Origin: Gemmatimonadota bacterium
GTDB lineage: Bacteria; Gemmatimonadota; Gemmatimonadetes; Gemmatimonadales; GWC2-71-9
Direction: 5' to 3'
Assembly: GCA_036679605.1 (NCBI GenBank)
Contig: JAZDCZ010000195.1
Location: 1 to 11,019, forward strand
Length of the DNA stretch: 11,019 bases
The notes under the pieces were generated by a model that saw only the letters and a program-made list of their open reading frames with translations, ran no database searches and was not told the origin of the DNA. The translations under genes and the position numbers were made by a program. This document shows positions 7,200-11,019 of the stretch, piece by piece (position 1 is the stretch's first letter; the number at the start of each line of letters is the position of its first letter).

Positions 7200-8113
7200 G
7201 TTTCATTGGAGTTATTGGATCGAAAACAAGTGTTACCGAGCAGTTGATCAAGATGATGCCGCCTGAGGCATTCGGTGCTTGCTATATCGAGTTGTTTCTC
7301 GGTGGTGGAAGCGTTTTCTTCGCCAAAACCCAGGCGCGCATAAATGTGCTCAACGATGCTGACCCAGACTTGGCGGTGACGTTTGAAGCCATACAGCGCG
7401 ACCGTAAAGCGGTTGAATCCGAGCTTCGCGTCTTGCTTGACGACGATCAGACGTTTCATCGATTGGCTGAGTTACGGAATTCTGACCAGTGGCATGAACT
7501 GCCCACGGCTCGTCGCGCTGCGACGGTGATTTATTTGCACAAGGCATCGGTGAACTCAAACCAGGTTGCCTTGTCCAGTTCCTCGAAGGTGCGGTCTAGT
7601 CACAACCCTGACATTGATCTCACGGAGTTCGCAAAGAAACTGAAGCGCGCCCAGATTCGGTCTCTTGACTGGCGAAAGTGCATCGAGACATACCTGTATG
7701 GCTCGCTTCCCGTCGAAGGCTTTCTCTTCGCGGACCCTCCATACGTCATCGCTGACACGAGGAAACACTATCGGGTCAATTTCCATCCGACTGAGCACAT
7801 CTGCTTCTGGCGTCGAATGACCCAAATCAACAAGGACAATGGTCCGAGGCGCAACGTCAAGATCATGATCACCTACGATGACGATCCGGTTATTCAGGCG
7901 CTGTACCGAGAAGCGGATGGCTGGCACATTCGACCGCTCTCTATTGGTTACGCCTCCGCGCACGACTCTGGGCAGGACCGTCCTGAAATCGTAATCACGA
8001 ATTATGAAGTCCCCAACCAAGCAGAATGCCCTCAGGTTGCGCCTCCTGCTGACGCAACGGAAAAAACAACCCCCAACTCAGTAAGTGCAAAAGTGAAAGG
8101 AGTGGCGGCATGA
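7196..8113 (+). CDS. Dam-like (D12 class, alpha group) N6-adenine DNA methyltransferase
   Basis: IGSK, YIELFLGGGSVFF (motif I), VLNDADPDL, FLFADPPY (DPPY at 7733-7744), IMITYDD, EIVITNY. ATGA overlap with the upstream gene and GGAGG RBS. Confidence 0.93.
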   Translation: MSFIGVIGSKTSVTEQLIKMMPPEAFGACYIELFLGGGSVFFAKTQARINVLNDADPDLAVTFEAIQRDRKAVESELRVLLDDDQTFHRLAELRNSDQWHELPTARRAATVIYLHKASVNSNQVALSSSSKVRSSHNPDIDLTEFAKKLKRAQIRSLDWRKCIETYLYGSLPVEGFLFADPPYVIADTRKHYRVNFHPTEHICFWRRMTQINKDNGPRRNVKIMITYDDDPVIQALYREADGWHIRPLSIGYASAHDSGQDRPEIVITNYEVPNQAECPQVAPPADATEKTTPNSVSAKVKGVAA

Positions 8114-8925
8114 TTACGATCACGACGTACTCGGAACTGGCCGATTTCGTTGCGGCCTTTGGCAACGATGCGCTGAACATGCTCGTGGTTTGCTCCAGGG
8201 GTGGCCTCGGCAAGAGCGAAGAGGCTCGGCGAGTACTCGATGAGGACCAGATCGTCAGCATCGGCGGTCACGTCACCCCGCTGAAACTGTACGAACTGCT
8301 GTACGAAAACCGTGACCGGAAGATCGTCTTTGACGAGATTGACGGGCTCCTGGCCGCCACGAAACACGTCGGTCTGCTCAAGCAACTCTGCGAAACGCGG
8401 GAGAGGAAGAGGATCACCTGGGCGTCGGCGGATCGTCGGGCGGCGGAGATCGACGGTGGGCGCGGCTACTTCCACACGCGCAGCCACGTTCTGATGCTGT
8501 GTAATTCCTTCATAGCGCTGAGCGCCAACGTTGCGGCGCTTCAGACCAGAGCGACGGTTATCCAGTTCGTGCCATCGTCCGACGAAATATTGGACAAGAT
8601 CAAGACTTTCGCCACCGACGCCGAGATCATCGCCTTCCTTGATCAGTTCCATCAGGCCATCCCTGACTTTAGTTTGCGGACGTATCGGTTGTTGGAAGAC
8701 CTGAAGCGGGCGGGACTCGATTGGCAAAAATACGCCTTGGACGAGAGCGATACGCCATCGAAGGTCAAGGAGATCGCCGACCTGCTGGTGCGATTCGACA
8801 CCGACATCGAGAGGATTCCGCACTACACCGGGAGCCGACGAGATTTCTACAACTGGAAGCCGGAGGCCGAGGCGTACCTGCGGCGGCGCTCGCTGAGCGC
8901 TCTCGACGAGGACATGGCGGCTTGA
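8110..8925 (+). CDS. P-loop NTPase (AAA-like) with a possible short C-terminal HTH
   Basis: Walker A-like LVVCSRGGLGKS (8194-8217), Walker B IVFDEID, sensor-1-like LMLCN, arginine-finger-like ALQTR, C-terminal GSRRDFYNWK. ATGA overlap with the Dam-like gene. Confidence 0.85.
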   Translation: MITITTYSELADFVAAFGNDALNMLVVCSRGGLGKSEEARRVLDEDQIVSIGGHVTPLKLYELLYENRDRKIVFDEIDGLLAATKHVGLLKQLCETRERKRITWASADRRAAEIDGGRGYFHTRSHVLMLCNSFIALSANVAALQTRATVIQFVPSSDEILDKIKTFATDAEIIAFLDQFHQAIPDFSLRTYRLLEDLKRAGLDWQKYALDESDTPSKVKEIADLLVRFDTDIERIPHYTGSRRDFYNWKPEAEAYLRRRSLSALDEDMAA

Positions 8926-9075
8926 CGATGTTCTCAAGGCGTTGGCATGACTGAAATGTGGAAAGCGCATTCCGAATTCATGGGGGTGCTGAGCGCCACG
9001 GTTTGCACTTCTGCACTTTCAGGGACGCCTCGTTGCGCCTCATCTGTCTCCGTGGCAATGTGATAGCCAGCAGAA

Positions 9076-9405
9076 TCACTTGAGTTGGTCAAAGTATGTA
9101 TCGCTGTCAACATCAACTACCTGGCCGGGCTCAAACCAGATCGTGTCGCCGAGGCCGGCATCGAGATTCAGCGGATAATTATCCAGGACACCGCTCCACT
9201 TACGATCAAGTTTCTCGACCAATCGCACCCAGATGCCTTCGGTGATGTGGCGATCTTCGTCGATCAGAAACACCACCTTGATGAGCGCCCCGGGTTGGAG
9301 TCTTCGAAGCTCGTCGTCGGTGAAGTCCCAGGTTAGTGCGCTAGCACATTCGTTAGAAATGCTCACGATATTGGCATCACGTTCTGGTCTCTCGTTTTCA
9401 GTCAT
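9076..9405 (-). CDS. DUF2314/YegJ-like small protein (109 aa)
   Basis: ATG at 9405 with GAAAGGA RBS (9414-9420, minus strand). LQPGALIKVVF...EGIWVRL...WSGVLDNYP...GDTIWF.PGQVVDV matches the E-x-(M/I)-WV / G-x-L-x-N-x-P / I-x-F pattern of that family. Confidence 0.75.
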   Translation of the reverse strand: MTENERPERDANIVSISNECASALTWDFTDDELRRLQPGALIKVVFLIDEDRHITEGIWVRLVEKLDRKWSGVLDNYPLNLDAGLGDTIWFEPGQVVDVDSDTYFDQLK

Positions 9406-10063
9406 TGACTTGATCCTTTCCCCCCCGCGATTGCTGGTTTGGTTCTCTTGGGATGCTCTCCACTTGCCCGCCCAAAAGAAAGCCCATGTGTGCCAGTACA
9501 AGTCGCAGTTGATAGGCACACATGAGTTGTGGTTGAAATAGTTTCAAGAATTGCAACTCATGCTCCCCATTATACAAGGAACACCAGCAAATCATCTCTA
9601 CTACCCAAATATTTTTGGGTCGAATGCAGGTCATTCGCGGTATAATGTAGAAGTAATAGTATGCGACAGGATGTGATTTTGATGGGCATCGAACACAACC
9701 GAAGATTCTGTCGCCCGCCCCGTTCTCTTGGTGCCCATCAAGCGGGGCATTTTCTGTGCAGAGAAATGAGATCACAACGCCACAATCTGTTTCAAAGCGA
9801 AAGGCAACAGGCGGACCCTGTTGAGCCTTGTGTTTGTATTTATCGAAATAAGTTAGGAGTAGGACGTTTGGACCACGGTCGTCCTGAAAAGCGGAATATA
9901 ACAATCTATTCCACTCGTAAACAACGTGGTGGTGCTCACGACCGCAACAGTGAGGTAGGTAGCCATTTAACGGCAGGTTTGGGAGGAGCATCCACGCCTC
10001 CACGTCTAATGAGTGCGGACTCTGTCGGAAATCCAGCGGAACGGGATGGTAGCGATCCATCAA
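9398..10063 (-). CDS. Hypothetical protein in a lower-GC segment (start uncertain)
   Basis: 221-codon ORF whose stop overlaps the start of the DUF2314-like gene by 8 nt (ATGACTGA). The frame is open up to 10141 without a clear RBS. No motif recognised. Confidence 0.45.
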   Translation of the reverse strand: MMDRYHPVPLDFRQSPHSLDVEAWMLLPNLPLNGYLPHCCGREHHHVVYEWNRLLYSAFQDDRGPNVLLLTYFDKYKHKAQQGPPVAFRFETDCGVVISFLCTENAPLDGHQENGAGDRIFGCVRCPSKSHPVAYYYFYIIPRMTCIRPKNIWVVEMICWCSLYNGEHELQFLKLFQPQLMCAYQLRLVLAHMGFLLGGQVESIPREPNQQSRGGKDQVND

Positions 10064-10419
10064 ACAGGGATACGTCGCTGGTCCAATGTGGGAATAATTA
10101 TGCAGGCAGCCACAGTGCTTCAGCCTTAAGCAAGCTGATACCTACAAATCAAGAGGCTCGTTTTCCTAACTGCCCTAGTTGTCGTTATTCGTGTAGAACA
10201 ATGGCTAATCCACACTTGTCGCATATTCCATGCAGTTTTACTCCGTTGCTGGACAAGAGAGCGTGTGCTCTCGTTCAGCAATAGGCATGGCAAGTGGTTT
10301 GTAGGAGAGTTATTGCATTTCCACGGGGGAATCCCTGTACGCCTGCACCGTGTTGAATCGGAGTGCAAAGGTGCGAACACAACAACAGCTTGAAACAAGC
10401 AAGAAATGGGAGACAAGAG

Positions 10420-10630
10420 ATGAACGATGAAGAACGAACGGAGATGGTGGAGCGCATGCTCGAAAAATGGGAATACTTCGGGTGCAAAGGTGCAGACCTT
10501 ATGGAGCAATACCCGCATCTTCGGGAGCTACCGCCACAAAAACGAAAGAAGAAATTCATGAAGATCGCCCTGGATCGTTGGAAGATGGCGATGACGCTCC
10601 GCAGCTTTGGCGAATCACCAGCAGATTGGG
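10420..10630 (+). pseudogene. 5' part of a hypothetical gene interrupted by the IS21 insertion
   Basis: GGGAG RBS then ATG 10420 (MNDEERTEMVERMLEKWEYFG...ESPADW). After 10630 the annotated ORF reads only through IS end and MITE sequence. Confidence 0.65.
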
Positions 10631-10650
10631 TGTCAGGGGGCGGTCATAAC

Positions 10651-10774
10651 GGTTCTCCCGCAATCTCGGTGAAACCTCCCCCCAGGTTCACACGGCCGCT
10701 TGCGGTACACCTTCGAAAGCGCTCAGGGAGGGTGATTCGACGGCCACGCCTTTCACCAAATGTGCGGGAGAACC
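10651..10774. mobile_element. 124-bp MITE (ISL3-like ends) with 8-bp target-site duplication
   Basis: TIRs ggttctcccgca-atctc-ggtgaaa and (reverse complement of the right end) ggttctcccgca-cattt-ggtgaaa. Flanked by direct repeat GTCATAAC at 10643-10650 and 10775-10782. GGTTCT termini with an 8-bp TSD fit ISL3; the family is inferred. Confidence 0.92.
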
Positions 10775-10866
10775 GTCATAACCGTCCAGTCGGGGGCGAA
10801 TGAAAACCGGCCATTTTGAGGGATTCGTGGTTGGCCTTACAGCCTCTCCTTTGAAGGGAGGCTTGT

Positions 10867-11019
10867 ATGGCGAACCAACTCAGGATGGCTACGGTGCAGA
10901 CGATTTTGACGCTTCACCGGCGGGGGTGGTCTCTTCGCCGAATCGCTCGGGAACTGGGTGTCCATCGCGAGACGGTGGCGCGATATGTCCGGCTGAACCG
11001 GGAGGGGGTGGTCCTGGCC
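10867..11019 (+). CDS. istA: IS21-family transposase IstA, N-terminal HTH (partial)
   Basis: GGGAGG RBS at 10856-10861. MANQLRMATVQTILTLHRRGWSLRRIARELGVHRETVARYVRLNREGVVLA is the typical IstA N-terminus. Not in the ORF track because the window truncates it. Confidence 0.9.
   Translation, partial: MANQLRMATVQTILTLHRRGWSLRRIARELGVHRETVARYVRLNREGVVLA

Larger units (their letters stand above)
10631..11019 (+). mobile_element. IS21-family insertion sequence, left end (runs off the window)
   Basis: Starts TGTCA. Removing the MITE and one TSD copy restores TGTCAGGGGGCGGTCATAACCGTCCAGTCGGGGGCGAATGAAAACCGGCCA, with two tandem internal repeats typical of IS21 ends. It is followed by an IstA-like ORF. 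Confidence 0.88.

Noticed and set aside
5865..8925. Complete type II/III restriction-modification, BREX or DISARM system
   Set aside because: No recognisable endonuclease, helicase, PglZ or other required component in the window.
8032..8970. 312-aa minus-strand ORF
   Set aside because: Antisense shadow of the ATPase gene, which has clear motifs and translational coupling.
9661..10284. 207-aa plus-strand ORF
   Set aside because: Non-protein-like R/S/C-rich composition and no RBS; the opposite-strand ORF has better support through its overlap, though both are uncertain.
10363..10803. 146-aa ORF as a complete gene
   Set aside because: Its 3' part is translated IS21 end and MITE sequence.

Overview
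Accessory, mobile-element-derived window, probably from a Planctomycetota (Phycisphaerae-like) genome; this is inferred from the GDxDxDGDVDLxDF-type Ca-binding modules. It opens with the probable right end of an IS701-like element, which truncates a secreted TSP3-repeat/PPC-like protein. Next comes an att-like site: the 3' half of tRNA-Pro(GGG) on the minus strand, a terminator hairpin and four phased 11-bp repeats. A secreted beta-helix + dockerin-like + FKBP fusion follows, with a protein-like frame continuing past its TGA. After an ORFan and an excisionase-like HTH gene lie six back-to-back inverted repeats, then a translationally coupled trio: a beta-class DNA MTase with DWMY instead of DPPY, a Dam/D12 MTase and a P-loop ATPase, with no nuclease visible. 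A recurring GTGCA-RAR-GTGC motif occurs four times in the right half. The window ends with a minus-strand DUF2314-like gene and an IS21 element whose left end is interrupted by a 124-bp ISL3-like MITE. All family calls come from motif recognition by eye; no searches were run.
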